A stretch of DNA of 64,000 nucleotides from Phoronis australis (Eukaryota; Animalia; Phoronida): NCBI GenBank assembly GCA_002633005.1, contig NMRA01000463.1:186001-250000 (forward strand), read 5' to 3'. The stretch's first letter is position 1. Each line of letters starts with the position of its first letter. The notes below the pieces were generated by a model. The model was not told the DNA's origin and ran no database searches. It saw only the letters and a program-made list of their open reading frames with translations. A program made the translations under genes and the position numbers. This document shows positions 14,480 to 28,000 of this stretch, piece after piece.

Positions 14480-16069
14480 TTGTGCTGCTGAGACGCCAAA
14501 ACTCAGACCAACTTATTACTTTGGCTGACGAAAATATACCCACCTATGACAACGCCAAATAATGAGAAAACCTAACTGAGTTACCCCAGACAACAGCACG
14601 TTTACGAATACTTTCCGCTGTCATAATCTCTTAAATGGCGTTTAATTCGATGTACAAAACGTCTCTTGAAGCTCTACTTTCGTGTCCAAGGCGTAAAGCA
14701 CCTCTAATTTTATGCACGGTAGTTTTGAACCGATTCATTGAAATAACTCATTATGGAAGGTGCCCGTTATCAGATCCAAATTTTTCTGGTGTTGTTCTCG
14801 ATGTTTGCGGTTGGTTTCGTAGTTGGTTTGATGGTGCAGAACCCAAAGAAAATGTCTGAAAATGAGAAGTCATAGTTGTCTTCCTAACATAAGCATACAT
14901 TTGTGTATCTGTACATGTATTTGCAAACTTTCATGCTAGTCCGCCAGGTTACTCAGAAGACAACAAAGGCAAAGCTGTATTCGGGTCTCTCTGAAGTCGT
15001 CATCTGACTGTTCTCTTGTTAAAGGATAATGCCACACAAAAACAACCTATTTTGTGTTAATTCAGATCGAGCAGTTCCACTAGATAACAGCAAGTACGGC
15101 TCTTTTACCCGATACCTGACGGCAGACGGAGATGTTGAAATAAACCAATGACGTCAGCGGTTCGAACGCAGTGTGTTCGTTTACTGGTGTCAGCTTATTG
15201 GTTTAATTCAGCGTTTTACACCAATGAATCAACAAAATTCGATGTAAACTCCTTACAAATACATCGAGTTATTGAATGTTTTATTTCACTGTTACGGATT
15301 TATAGGTATTGGAACCTACCGTAGCCTGCAAAGTTCGGTGGGCCAATTTACCAAGGTCAGTCTCGAGAGTTTGGGGTCTGTTCGGTGATAAGTTCTAATT
15401 ATTCGTCCGTGAATTACAGACAGGAGAGTAAAGCAGCTGTGTGCTGTAATTTTATACTTGCAACTTTTTAGTTCTAAACACACAAAAACACATGTTATCC
15501 CGGCAAGTGGCTCGGGACCCGATCAGGCCCGAAGAATACGGACTGAAGACATCACGAACATAAACCAACCAAAGTTAGAAACTAAACTTCCAGTTACGAA
15601 AAGACTACACTAGTGCGCCAAAGAAATATTGTGCATGTGATTATATCGGGGAATTATACGCGAAACTGCAAATCTACTTACGAGCTCGTCGGGGGCTTCG
15701 AAGTCAGGTTACCCTTCCACAGCAAAACCGTCAGGGCAAAAGTTGTACAGTAACAATGATTCGAATAACGTATATGACTATCTAAATAAAGATTCCCCTA
15801 ACATCTGACCATAGGATATGCAATCGAAATATTGTTTCACAACAGCTTTCTGTCGGCATACACTAAATTAGCTTGCGATCACACTGCCAAGGTGCCCAGT
15901 AAGTTAATATATTCTATCTTTGTTTCAGTTTTTTTATAAGCAATTTTGGTTAGAGTGAGAATAATTCATTTTGAAACAGAGCGCACAATAATAAACGTCA
16001 ACCGTAGCAACTCTCAACCCCAACTTAGACGAGGGCTCATCCAACGAAGACTTCACAGGTCGATCGTTA

Positions 16070-16381
16070 GGCGTCACAAGCTATCAGTTCTAACCGGAAT
16101 ACACTGATCAAGAAATACAAGAGAGACGCTATGAACGTGCATAGACAACGGAACATATGGATAGTTCCGAAAACCGTTTGAATGACTGGTCATGGTGTCG
16201 GTGTGCTAACTGCACGGTAATGAAAACAACTGACGCTTGCGTTTGCTGCCACGAAATTCCGCAAGTAAAACGCCTTCTTGGAGAAACGCAGATGTGTGTC
16301 ACGGAGCATCCTGATTTTGTACAGCTTCTAAACAGAGGTGTGCTTACGACGTTTTTGGGACTAGGGAAAAACACTGGCTAA
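16070..16381 (+). pseudogene. KolX / P2X7 cytoplasmic-domain-like Cys-rich protein remnant
   Basis: YQF*PEY...RLNDWSWCRCANCTVMKTTDACVCCHEIPQV...CVTEHPDF matches the WCxCxxC...CxCCxE...CITxHxxF pattern; upstream in-frame stops. Confidence 0.75.
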
Positions 16382-16569
16382 AACATCCTACACCCAGAGG
16401 ACCAAACAGAAGCCTAACGGACAAGTCAGTCATCAAACAGGTTATATAAAGAGACATGTTCTCCTGCCTTGAATTAATTGTAAATGTTTATGTTTACATG
16501 GCCAGGTACAATTCTGCATAATCAAAAGCTGAGTAACAAACGATCCACATTGTTTGTCTACTGCCTACC

Positions 16570-16868
16570 GAACGCACTAGGCACAGCATCTGACTTCAGC
16601 TTCTGTCTCTTTTTCTGCCGTGGCATGATCTGTTTGGTAACCCGGCATTCGATAATCAGTGAAATCACTGCAGACGAAGTGCCGGCCAAAGACACGGAGA
16701 AGTTTAACAGCATCATATGCTTATTATTACGGCGTACTTTTCATTCTTCACTACCGCGAACCACTTCCGAAGCATCGTGTGCTCTCGAGGAAATCTAAAA
16801 CACGATATATCCGCTTTCGTCGTAGCTTCATAGTTTGCACAAGCGGGAACGATACACCACTCCATATT
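16570..16868 (-). pseudogene. THAP zinc-finger remnant (N-terminus of Kolobok transposase)
   Basis: MEWCIVPACAN...FRFP...RKW, then after frameshifts RHF and LKSDAVPS: the C2CH and AVP hallmarks of THAP. Confidence 0.75.
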
Positions 16869-18386
16869 GGCACTCACTTGGCAGAAAACCACTGACGTCG
16901 CTGCGTCGTTTCTCACCTTCCTCACTGGTTAACGCGGCCCCTCAAGGCGAAGTAAGATCGACCGTATACGAGATGATGTGAATATAGACCGATTAAGACG
17001 GTAAAAATATTAAGAAATCGAGTGGCATTTCCCTTTAATTTTCACAAAGATCCTGCAAGGGGTTTACGAGATACATACCTTGATGAAAAAGTGGCAGTTG
17101 AGGTCACCACAGCAGTGGAATATATCAGAAAATCTACACGTACTTCAGTCTTTTTCATACCAGCACATCTGATTTCCTAATTTTGATGTAAGTCTGTCTA
17201 AGCATGAAGAACGCAGAACTGAGCAAACGTTGAAAATGTAATTGCCACTACGGGGTACAGTCAGGTGGTCAGAAATCATCCAAAATTATCAAATTCATGG
17301 GAAAACACATTGACAATCCATTAATATACTGTGTGGTGACAAAGTGGGCAGCCGTGAACGCAAAGAAAAACGACATTGTCAATATAGAGCGCCACAAGAG
17401 TAAGTCTGGATCCTCTGAAACTCAATGTCAACCGTGAACCGTGACCTTCTCAGCTGCAAAACACCTGTTATTGGTTTTAATTAGAAGTTTTACAAAGGTA
17501 CCAAATGATATTTGAGTTAAATCATTGCCAAATTTGCATTTTTGGTGTTTGTACCTACCACTTTGCATTGGTCATAATTTACACAGTTTTCAACATAAGT
17601 GGTCAAAACGTCAACGTTTTTATCAGTCAAAGGTTGTTTGCAACATGATACCCAATTTAGCAGTATTAATTTTGATTATGGGGATATTTGGATAATTAAA
17701 TGAATATGGAAAACTTTTTTGAGAAGTGTTTTGCATCTTGTGTAAACCTTCCAGTGTATCGCATGAAACTGTCCCCAGTAGACTCAACTAAGCTCTCTAA
17801 GTCTACCGAGTATCTTTAGGCTTGTGAAGAAAACGATTGTCCTTCCTTGCGTTTTTCGAGTCTCATTACCAAGCAAGTTTTTGTCAAGCTGTGCTGTCAC
17901 CGCATACATGTAGGTCACCCTCAATTTAAATATTACATTAAATAGGTGAATAAATACATGTAAGTACAATTAACTTTGATATAATTCTAAAGAGAAGTCA
18001 ACTTCGAATTCTCAATACATTTTCATTGCAATTCTGGTTTAGAAGAAACACGGTTTTTGGGCTTCAGTTTCATTCGTACCTGTCGATTATGGCAGAAAAA
18101 GAATTTGCAGATGCTATTGTCTGAGAAGAGCACTCTATCAATAACAAACTTTTCAACATATAGACCTATTAAGACTCGCGGTGGTTCATTTCAATGCAAG
18201 AGTTCTGTTTAAATGCAAACCCGCATCTTCCGCACGTAACGCGTAGTTTTAATGGAAATTCTTAATAGTTATAAATGAGATACTACATTTTCGTGTGGGT
18301 ACGACAAGACGGGCTAGAGTGATGATTCAACAATAACATGCACTATCCAATCGCGCGGTACCTACTATACCGAAATTGGTTTAGTT

Positions 18387-18396
18387 GGAATTCCCC
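18387..18396 (-). promoter_or_regulatory. NF-kB consensus site (GGGGAATTCC)
   Basis: Matches GGGRNWYYCC; about 2.2 kb upstream of the first ankyrin exon. Motif match only. Confidence 0.3.
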
Positions 18397-18780
18397 AATC
18401 AGCTTTACCGTAAGCGTAAGTGTTAGCCTCCGTGAGTCGCCAGAATGTAGTAAAAATTTACAGTCACGCAAGACTTCGCGAGATACGGTCATGGATTGCA
18501 AGCAAAAAACGTGATCATAGCAGCTACCTTTGTGCGGAAAGTCAACGCAGTATCTAACGTAGGTTTACCAGCAAGAGCACAGTCTTACCCAATCACGGAA
18601 CAGGCAACACAGAATCTACCGTGGGTTTACCAGCTTGGGCACAGTTTCGATATGGAACAAGAGTTTCATGGCCTGAGTTCATTGGTGTATTGAAAACCAA
18701 TGGCTTGCAATTCGTCTGCTATGTTCAAAACAACCTTCCTGGATTTTTCCAGCAGCTAACCACGGACCAACACAAGAATT

Positions 18781-18786
18781 ATGGAG
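18781..18786 (+). CDS. Candidate initiator micro-exon (Met-Glu) of the ankyrin-protease gene
   Basis: ATG GAG|gtaaat is a phase-0 donor that would join in frame to 20624, giving MEETPLHGAAK. No transcript support. Confidence 0.3.
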
Positions 18787-18831
18787 GTAAATTCACAATA
18801 AATATTACGATGGCGAACCCGTCCCCTGGAT

Positions 18832-18841
18832 GGGATTTCCC
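18832..18841 (+). promoter_or_regulatory. NF-kB consensus site (GGGATTTCCC)
   Basis: Consensus match about 45 bp downstream of the candidate first donor. Motif match only. Confidence 0.3.
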
Positions 18842-20623
18842 ACAAAGGATTTAAGTCAGAGTACATATGTATCTACACAGTCCAAGTCATCTTTTTAATT
18901 TTATTAATGAACATGATTTCTATTTAAAGTGGAGTGTCAGTTATTTAAAAAGTAAATGATTTGTTTGGTTAATACCTGGGAGTAGTCCTAGGTTAATACA
19001 CAGGACAGGAACGCTGTTCAGGTGTTATTTGTGTCGAAGGGTATTTCCAATTGTGTCGTAACGATTAGTCAGTTAGTTATAGCCGATACTTGACCACGCA
19101 ACAATGGTTGTCACAATACCCATACACACTACTGAATAGTAGATATTTAAGGGGAGAAAAACACCGCTGCTAAGGAAATAGGCTAGACTCTGTGAATACA
19201 ACTCAATAAATGGGTCGCTGGACCACACGTTAATGCCCTCGTTGTGTTTGCATTGTACACCTATGACCTGTGCCTGTAAACATCTCCTTGCGACTCCTTA
19301 AAATAAATTCCGAGATCATAATTTGAGATCCCGACACTTCGGTTTTCATTTCTCAACAGGTTATAAAATATACTCATCAATATACACGTTCAGCGTCTGT
19401 TTCCTCGGGTTAAGAATGTTAAAATGTTCAAAGGAGTTTCCAAGGTTCTACGTTAACTGCTATTATGAACTCATCTGGGTGACAAAATATACAAATCCTC
19501 GGTTTCATACAGGTGTGCTTCAAAACTATTCTTAGTCGCAAGTTGTAGTAATCAACCTCTCAGTGTCGTTTAACAGCACCACTTAGTACACAACAGTCAA
19601 TCCATTTACAAGTGTCGTTTATACTGCCTTGGCTCACGCTTTATTCAAACACGTTCCATTCATTGTCCCAATGCATGTTTCACTCGACAAGTTTCTCTAT
19701 CCAATCACTGTGTGTGGACTCGCCAGATCACAAAATACAAAATTATTAAAATAATTCGAACGGACGCTCTAGAATTTCAAGGTGAACCACCCAAAATATA
19801 TTTTGCTTCATTGACGATCATGTAGTGCGTTTTATATAACGTGGATGTTTCAAGTCAAATCTGCACGCAGCTTTAAGGTTCTACAAATTCTTATTTATCA
19901 ACCGGTTTCGAGTCCAAATGTTACATCTGGTCTACCAGGGCTATTTATGGAGAATTTTTATTGTCTTAAGTACGACTGGCTTATCCGGTTCCACAAGAGA
20001 CAGGTGTGAGTCGGCATATGTCTCCAACTCGAAACCAAAGACAGAAATCCGTAGTATGCTGGGGAAAAAAGTCAACGCCAAAAATCATTTTTGGTTATGT
20101 GCTGTTTGAGAAACAGGTCCCTGAATTTCAGTCGCAGTTGGCACCAGTTATATAATTAATAAAATTACTCCATAGGCAATCCAAAACACTGAATAAGCTA
20201 TGGCTCATTTCCGTCATAAATACTTTTTACGCAATTAATGCTGCAAACTCACATTGTGGAAAAACTTAAAAACCGCAAGAAGTATCCCGAGTTAAAGCAA
20301 ATGTCTAAATCCATGGCCACGGGAATGTCCTTGGATGGCAAATTTTAGAAATCGAGGTTTCAACTGAATACAGTGGGGCCGAATTCTCGCTGAACCCTGC
20401 CAATCGACGACTCCTTTGTCGAGTGAGAATCGAAGCATGTACTATATGTAGGTCGAGTTCAATATCTGTCTCGCGGCAAGTACGTGCTTTTGTTGAAAAT
20501 GGTCTGCAAATTTTAGAGGAATCTCGTGAGATGGCCTAATTCTAGCCAGACTCTAGCATTATTCAACTCGAGCCTGATGGTAAAGCTACGACATCGTTAA
20601 ATTGTTTGAAACATGTCTTGCAG

Positions 20624-20719
20624 GAGACTCCCCTTCATGGTGCGGCAAAATTGGGTCATGTTGAAGAAGTGGAGTTTCTGGTATTGCAGGACCATTGTCA
20701 AATTTCTGCAGTTGATCAG
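20624..20719 (+). CDS. Ankyrin repeat exon 1
   Basis: ttgcag|ETPLHGAAKLGHVEEVEFLVLQDHCQISAVDQ|gtattt; 96 nt, phase 0-0. Confidence 0.9.
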
Positions 20720-23700
20720 GTATTTTTTTCGTATATCAATATCAAAATATCAAATAGTGAAACGTTCTTTGTATGCACCACTGTGTACGGTAGCGAAGAC
20801 TGCGACTTTCCTTAAAAAAGGTTATCGAATTCAGTTATCTCTGAAAATTGATCGAGACTCAGAGGCGAAACAGGCGTAGTCGAGCTACCCAATTGATTTA
20901 TTCTCTCTTTTGGTGTTATTTCATATTATATCAGCTTTGATGTACATGTAGGGCAGTCGACAGGTTATGATCAAACCTTGAGGCGCATACCAGAGTGCAG
21001 GTGCGTATAAACATTTGGGGCGTTGTGTCGAGTCAGTATACAGTTGAACCTATTTGATCTAGAATAACTACCGTTGTTAGTATGTGAGTAGATGCAAAAC
21101 AAGGTAACACCATGAACAGAGACGGGGGCGCCTACAGACTCTGCCGTAGTAGCTTCCAAGCGAAACCTAGCGGTAAGACATGAGAACGATGTAACCATGG
21201 TATCTGAGAAGCCGAAATTTTCTGGAGTTATTTTCAATTAATCTGTGGATGTAAAGCATAAAATTTATTTACTCAAATATCGGATATCATGCTAAACATA
21301 TTTACAACTTTTGCTATGTATTGTAACCACATTACCCGTCCCAATTTTTTCTCACAAATGTTGACACTATTGCGTTATATTAGCCACTCAAATTGTTATT
21401 TTACTGTGGTTGTTACTAAGCTACAGTATAATGACATAAAATAGAAACCGGCAATAGTCACTTGCAAGGGTCCTGGGTTTTGAAAATCAATTTGATGCTC
21501 ATTACCCAGTAGCGAAAACAGGTTCTCAAACCACGAGACCCAAACAGGTTCTTAAACCACGAGACCCAAACAGGTTTTCAATTCACGAGACCCAGACAGG
21601 TTCTCCAACCACGAGACTCAAACAGGTTCTCAAACAACGAGACCCAAACAGGTTCTCAAACCACGAGACCCAAACACGTTCTCAAACCACGAGACACAAA
21701 CAGGTTCTCAAACCACGAGACCCAAACAGGTTCTCAAACCACGATACCCCTGTAAATGGCCATTGCCCACACGTATCAAGTCGCCCAATTGCTCACATTT
21801 GGAAAATGTGCAGGTATATGAACGTACAGTGTATGCACTGAATTGTAGCAGCTTTATCACAGCTTACTGGTATAAACATTACACCTTCCATATCAATTCT
21901 GATGCAGTGGTAGTTGTCTTTACTCAACTCCCTGCAGTACAGCTGGGTTTCTTTCTCTATCTGAACGTTATTGGAACCACGGTAAAAGTATGAAATATGC
22001 GCAATGACTTGTGGGTATTATTTGCAAAACGAGTCATTTGAACGCTGTTTACATAGTTCTCCTTTTACCTCGCAAATTAGCAGTTAGTACTTCAGAAAAA
22101 CCTAAATTTACAGCTAAAGTCATATTCTCACAGTATCGAAATACACAGTGCTATCTTGTGCTCGTCTCTTGATTTTAGTAAGCATTTACAGTGTAGTTTG
22201 TCAACCGTAAACATGTGACTCAGTGTCTGCATCCACTCAACAACCAAAATTGTCGTTCATTTGTAAATCATTTGTTTTGCTAATTCGATATTTTCCGAGG
22301 ACATCATCAATTTCAAGCACTGAGTTTGGTTTATGTTCATGATCTTCCTATGCAATCAGTATCCTGTTTGTTACTGTACGCAGGATGGCCAGACTCCGCT
22401 CCTCCTGGCGGCTGTTAACGGACACACTGACGTCGTGACTGTTCTTTTACATCATGATGCAAGCATCTCAGCAACTGATAAGGTATTTGCAGTTTGTTAC
22501 TGATAATGAGATACTGCACAAACGTGGGGTTGACTTTTGCTGAATTTTGCGAATACACTGCGTAATCCGAAGGTTTTTCAGTTGAAATTTTCGAGTTTAC
22601 TTAACAAATGAAATTTTGGAGATTTCTTGGCTAAGTAGCTTTTGCACAGGAAGTGAGCTGAAATTTTGCGATACCCTCATTTGAAAATTCCTTATAATAA
22701 AAGGGGCTATTCTGACAAGCAGCTGTGCTTGACGTGAGAAATATTCTTTACTTCAGCACTCGCTCATACAAATCTATTAAATTCGGAGTGAGAAGGAACA
22801 TGATTGTTATGTGAAAGCTACATCTCCAAGGTCTTGCAAAAGGAGCAAAACTACAGACAGCAGTGGACTTCATAGCCAGTCGGAAATCATAACTGAACCA
22901 CCATACACGGAGAAATGCAGTGTTGTGTTCCTAAAATTATTAATACACTCTGTAGAAAAAAAAATCATTGATTTTTTACGCGCCCAAAAATTGCATGGAA
23001 CATTGCCGAGGCTATTCTGGGTCTCTTTTGCGAAAAAAACGTGCATTTGCGGTCATCTCGACAAATATTCTGGGCATCGGCTCATTCATGTATTCCACTT
23101 TAGATATCTGGATGTCCCGTTTTTTTAAAGCAGGCGTCCCGTTCGTTTGATTGCTAAAGTTGGCTACTGCGCATGTGTGTTTAATGTTCCGTTTGATATA
23201 CATGTAGGATGGCTTCACAGCATTACATCTTGCCTCGTATTGCGGCTGGATTACGACAGTGAAGACACTGCTCCTTAACAAGTCAAACGTGGCAGCTGTT
23301 GATAAGGTAATGTTCACACATGTATTCACGTGCTGTGTCATGACGTTTCCTGTCATTCTCCTAGAAAATACAAGTTTTCAGCGAGGTTAAGTCCGCAATT
23401 TCTGTCAACACGTGTTTTGAATTAGAAAACCAACCGTTATGTAATTCATCTCAAATTTTTGCTTAGCTGGTCCCAGAAGGAACTTTTGTTTGAAGTTTGT
23501 TATTTTTTAGTTTTCAAGCCAAACTTTGTCTGAAAGTACAACGCTGTTGATAAGGTATTATTTATGTACACGTGCTGTATCTTGAATAGAAATGACGGTT
23601 CCTCTCACTTTACCCGCAACTGCAAGTTTGCAGGGATGTTAAGTCAGCAAATCTGTCAAAACGATTTTTTCAAGCCAAACTTGGTCAGCAAATGCAAAAG

Positions 23701-24923
23701 ACTGTGAGTTTTTCCGAACCACATCTTAACTGGGGAAGGAACAAGGCAGTGTCATTTTTACGGTATTTTTCATTGATCTAAATCGAACCTAGTGTTATTA
23801 GAATATATGGCGGGTTTAATGCTGCTTGAATCGACGTGCATTTGAAAAAGAAGCTGTGACATCTAGTTGGCATAACTCCGCCGAGGATCAGATTAAATTT
23901 GAATTGCGTATGGATAAAATAAAGATGCTGCCTTATCATTAAAGTGCGCTGCATGAAAACCAGAGTCTCAAATGTTTTAACACATATCTAACCATATTTA
24001 CACGTCTGGTCTTCATTTTGATACTTTTTCTATGACGGAGTATGCTTTCTTACAGTACCAGCGATCAGCACTTCACCTAGCTGCTCTTGAGGGCCATGTT
24101 GCTATCGCTAAGCTTCTGGTACAATTTGGTGCTGCTGTGTCAGCGGTTGACAAGGTGAGACGTTGATCATCACACGAGAGCCTAAAATACACCCTGAGCC
24201 GACACATCTAGAAGGTGTGGTTACATTGGTTGAGGCAGTTAACATGATGAGATCACTAACATGTTTGTTATACCCAGTGATACGATTCTTAAAATAGCGT
24301 CTTTTGACACTGAACAGAACTTCCACTAGATGTCGCACCTTATGCTAGTACCTAACCAGCATTCATATAATCACATTATCGATTCTACAGTTGTCTTAAG
24401 TTGCTTCTCACCAACAAACATGTCAAAAAGAAGATCCTTTACACAACCTATGTTTAAATATTACATGTTTTTATAATTTGAATTCAGCCGAACCCTCATT
24501 TGTGACAAATATATGTTTGGAGTAACGTACTTTGAGTCGTCATTTTCTTGTAAAATTTGATTTGGTGCAGGCTTTATACTCGAAACGAGCTACACGTAGT
24601 TTCATTGTTGTATTTTATTAAAGCAAGTGGGTGTAAACCTGTATTAAAAGTTCGCATAGTACAGAAAATATTATGTTATATTATATGATATTACGTTGGC
24701 TGGTTGACAAGTCACGCTTCCAACAAAAAACTACAAAGGTGTAAACGTTTATTAAAAGTTCGCATAGTATGTGAAATATTACAATATGTGTTGCTTTCTC
24801 TGGTTGACCAGTCGTGCTTCCAAGAACAGATTACAGAGATATACCGGTACTTTCATGAACACTTCCATGCGTGCAGGCAGGGGGCAGGCAGGAGGCAGAC
24901 AGTCAGGCAGGCAGGCAGGCTGG

Positions 24924-24990
<67 letters not shown>

Positions 24991-24998
24991 ANNNNNNN

Positions 24999-25053
<55 letters not shown>

Positions 25054-28000
25054 TATATAAATATAATATTCATGCACCTATATTGACATGTGTCTAATAT
25101 CTTGCAGGATGGCGAAACACCATTACATCGAGCTTCACGGTTAACTCGTATACAAGTAGTGGAACTACTTATAAACCACCGAGCTGATGTGTTGGCTGTT
25201 AACAAGGTATTTGAATATTACAATGCTTCCGACAAGTAACCTTCTAAGATAAACTGGCTAGACTGTTTGCCGGAAGTCATTATCTATAAGTAATTAACTG
25301 CCTTATCAGCTATTATTTTACGTAATTCTCTGCTCTTAATGGGATTCTGTGAAGGTAAAATTCCGTTCCACTAAGTTAGCTTTTAATACAATCGTTATGT
25401 ATCATGGCATTGAAACGTCAGGGTCGTACATTTTGTATAACAGTATTTAGCATTTATTCTGTATCTTTATATTCTTTAGCTTTTATGCATATCCTTAGTG
25501 ATATGACAGTAAGAAAACGGTGTATCTCATGCCTAATCCAGGGAGAACGGTTAAAAGAAGGTTTCCCATTAGCTGTCACGTTGGTAGATAGGGTATTATT
25601 AAACAGTCAAATGTTGAAAGCCTTATCATTTACGCACCACCACCATGAGGAGACGTCGCACTGTAAGAAGGTAAATCCGTCGTCTCTGCAGATAATAAGA
25701 TGGGATATCAGACGTCTGTCAACCGTACTCATGTGATTTTTCGAAATCAGGTCAGATATCTGATTTGACTTGTGTTCGAAGAGAGTGTGGTGGGTATTTT
25801 AATCTCTATTGTAGGATGGGAAAACCCCCTACGAAGTATGTGGTCATGTGGAGTTTTGGGAACGACATTTCGTAATTGACGACGAAATAAAAGTCAACGC
25901 AACAAAGAATCTCATCCAGGTACACGCATTGAACTGAGTACATATTACTAAATGTATTTTGACTGAATTATAATTGTTTATTTTTTATTTTCTTGACCAG
26001 CTTTGCTACCAAACAAGGTCACTACACAACTTGTATCAAGTTGTCGAGCCAACTGAATTTGCTGTGTTTACGTCTTATGCAATAGGTGTTTACTTCCTTG
26101 CAAACCGATAGGCTCCAGCTGATTACAACCTTATTGTCGTTGCTGTCGAAAAAACTTCAGCTGTAATACAGGTATAAAGACCGACGCGATAACAAATAGC
26201 ATTGCCATAGCATTTCAGGAGGACCTTAACTGGAACTGAATTGGTCCACTATAATGTATAAAGCAGCACGTGAGGTTAGCTTCATTTGCTGTTGGAACGT
26301 AGAAGGATATTGATTTCAAAGTGTAGAGCCGAAACGGAGTACATGAAGGGTGTATGTTCAATTTATTTGGATTCCAGGAGGAACTAGAACGACTGAAGCA
26401 GGAAGCGAAGAGTGAATTGGCTGATGCGATAGCAAAGTATGCGAGATTTGTACCGCCTCAACAGGCCCAGACAGAGCATTCTGTATCGTTCACATGGGTG
26501 CCTGCACAAAGCAACGTCAAGGACGAGATAAAGGATATCCACATTGGAACTGGTGAGCACAACGTTAATTCCGTGTCGGTGATATGTGCAACTTAAGATG
26601 GCCACTTCATTACAGAGCCACTCAAAGCAGTGAACGTTCATAAGACCGTAAATCTGTATACATAAATTGGTACCAGTCACCTAAAACGAATGAAACTGAA
26701 ACTTCTTTCCTTGTTTTCTTTTGGTGATAAAAGATTATCGGAGTTCTTTTACGAGGTCTGTCTGATACCTCCGTAAAATCAAGACTCTGGCACTTGCCGT
26801 CTAAATACCGACCGATATCATTTTGATCAGTTAACCCTTGAAATAAGGAGTGCACTCAAATAGCTTGAAACAAAGTTAAGAAGCGTGCACGTTTGAAAGA
26901 AATGCGTGCGGATTCGCCTTCTTCAAGTTTTGTTGAAACTTTCAGTGTGAATGCGATGCTGTGAATGCATTAAAATAGAAAAACCCAAGGTTCCGATATT
27001 GTTTTGCATTATGTTAGTGCAGATTTTTCGTCATCTTGGTCAGTTAACAAAAGCGTACAATTAATAGTTAGTTACGTCCCCCAATTCTCATTCCTAGGAT
27101 CACTGGCAAGTTACTAAAAATTTCTAGCATTTGTGATTAATTCAGTTTTGATGGTCTCAAAAACTTTAAATTATCGAGCCCGAGTGTTTTATAGTCTCGA
27201 GTGTTTTCTCTTTCCCAGGTTTTCTCGAGATTTTACTCAAGAATTAGCTGTGGTCTCGGTTTCCTGAGTACTACTCGGAAAATTGACAATAACTCAGGAT
27301 TTCAAGATTTTTTGTTCAATACAGCCTGCTCATATCGGGTACCAGCTGTAGTGCACTCTCTCTCTGCGGAAAATCAACCTCATGACGGTTTAGACATTTT
27401 CTTGAATATATGGTATTTATTCAGTAAACGTTAATGTACAATGTGTACTTCAAAACTTTTGATCGATCCCGAAAAGGATGTCAAAGCATACAAGCCGAGG
27501 GAGAGCAACATCGTTCGAGTAGAATAGCCAGGGGCACTATTGCTCGCCCGAATTTTATACGTTCTGATATATCAGAAGTTTCAGTCTATATTTTATTATT
27601 ACACGACTACTGATTCTTCTTTCCTTCATCTCAAATGTCAGCTCAACTTTTTACTACCTTCTCCCATTAATAAACATCATCTACGCGCTTTTAAGTTAAG
27701 CAGTACCTGATTGGTCAGTTCGCAAATAACGGCGTGAATAAAATGAAATTAATTGTTGAACATTACAGTTCCGTCCACGTTTGCCCAACTGACGTCAGTC
27801 CTGAACGGTGGGCCACAGCGACAAGTTGACAAAGAAGCCGGGAAGACATATGCGACCTTTATCGATTCTCTCAACGCTTCGTCTTCAGCTGTGGCCAAAA
27901 TAGTTTGGTCGAATAGCTTAGCTGGAACGGGATGGCTTGTTGGTACAGGCCAAAGAAAGTTCTTGGTAACAAACTACCATATTATCTACGAGATGCCTCC

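Larger units (their letters stand above)
15023..17034. mobile_element. Kolobok (KolobokP-like) DNA transposon, internally deleted
   Basis: TTAA on both sides (15019-15022, 17035-17038); imperfect TIRs aggataatgccac / gtggcatttccct; contains a P2X7-C-terminal-like Cys-rich remnant (+) and a THAP remnant (-); no DDE core seen. Confidence 0.8.

Noticed and set aside
16157-16381. Host P2RX7 receptor gene
   Set aside because: Only the Cys-rich tail is present, with stops, inside a TTAA-flanked transposon; no channel exons.
20613-20879. ATG at 20613 as start of the ankyrin gene
   Set aside because: Out of frame with ETPLH; the adjacent ttgcag is better read as an acceptor.
21519-21750. Regular 26-bp repeats resembling a CRISPR array
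   Set aside because: Units are head-to-tail with no unique spacers, lie in a spliceosomal intron, and no cas genes are present.
24704-25205. ORFs with RQAG/ACLP and IY repeats
   Set aside because: Translations of (GGCA)n and (AT)n microsatellites spanning Ns.
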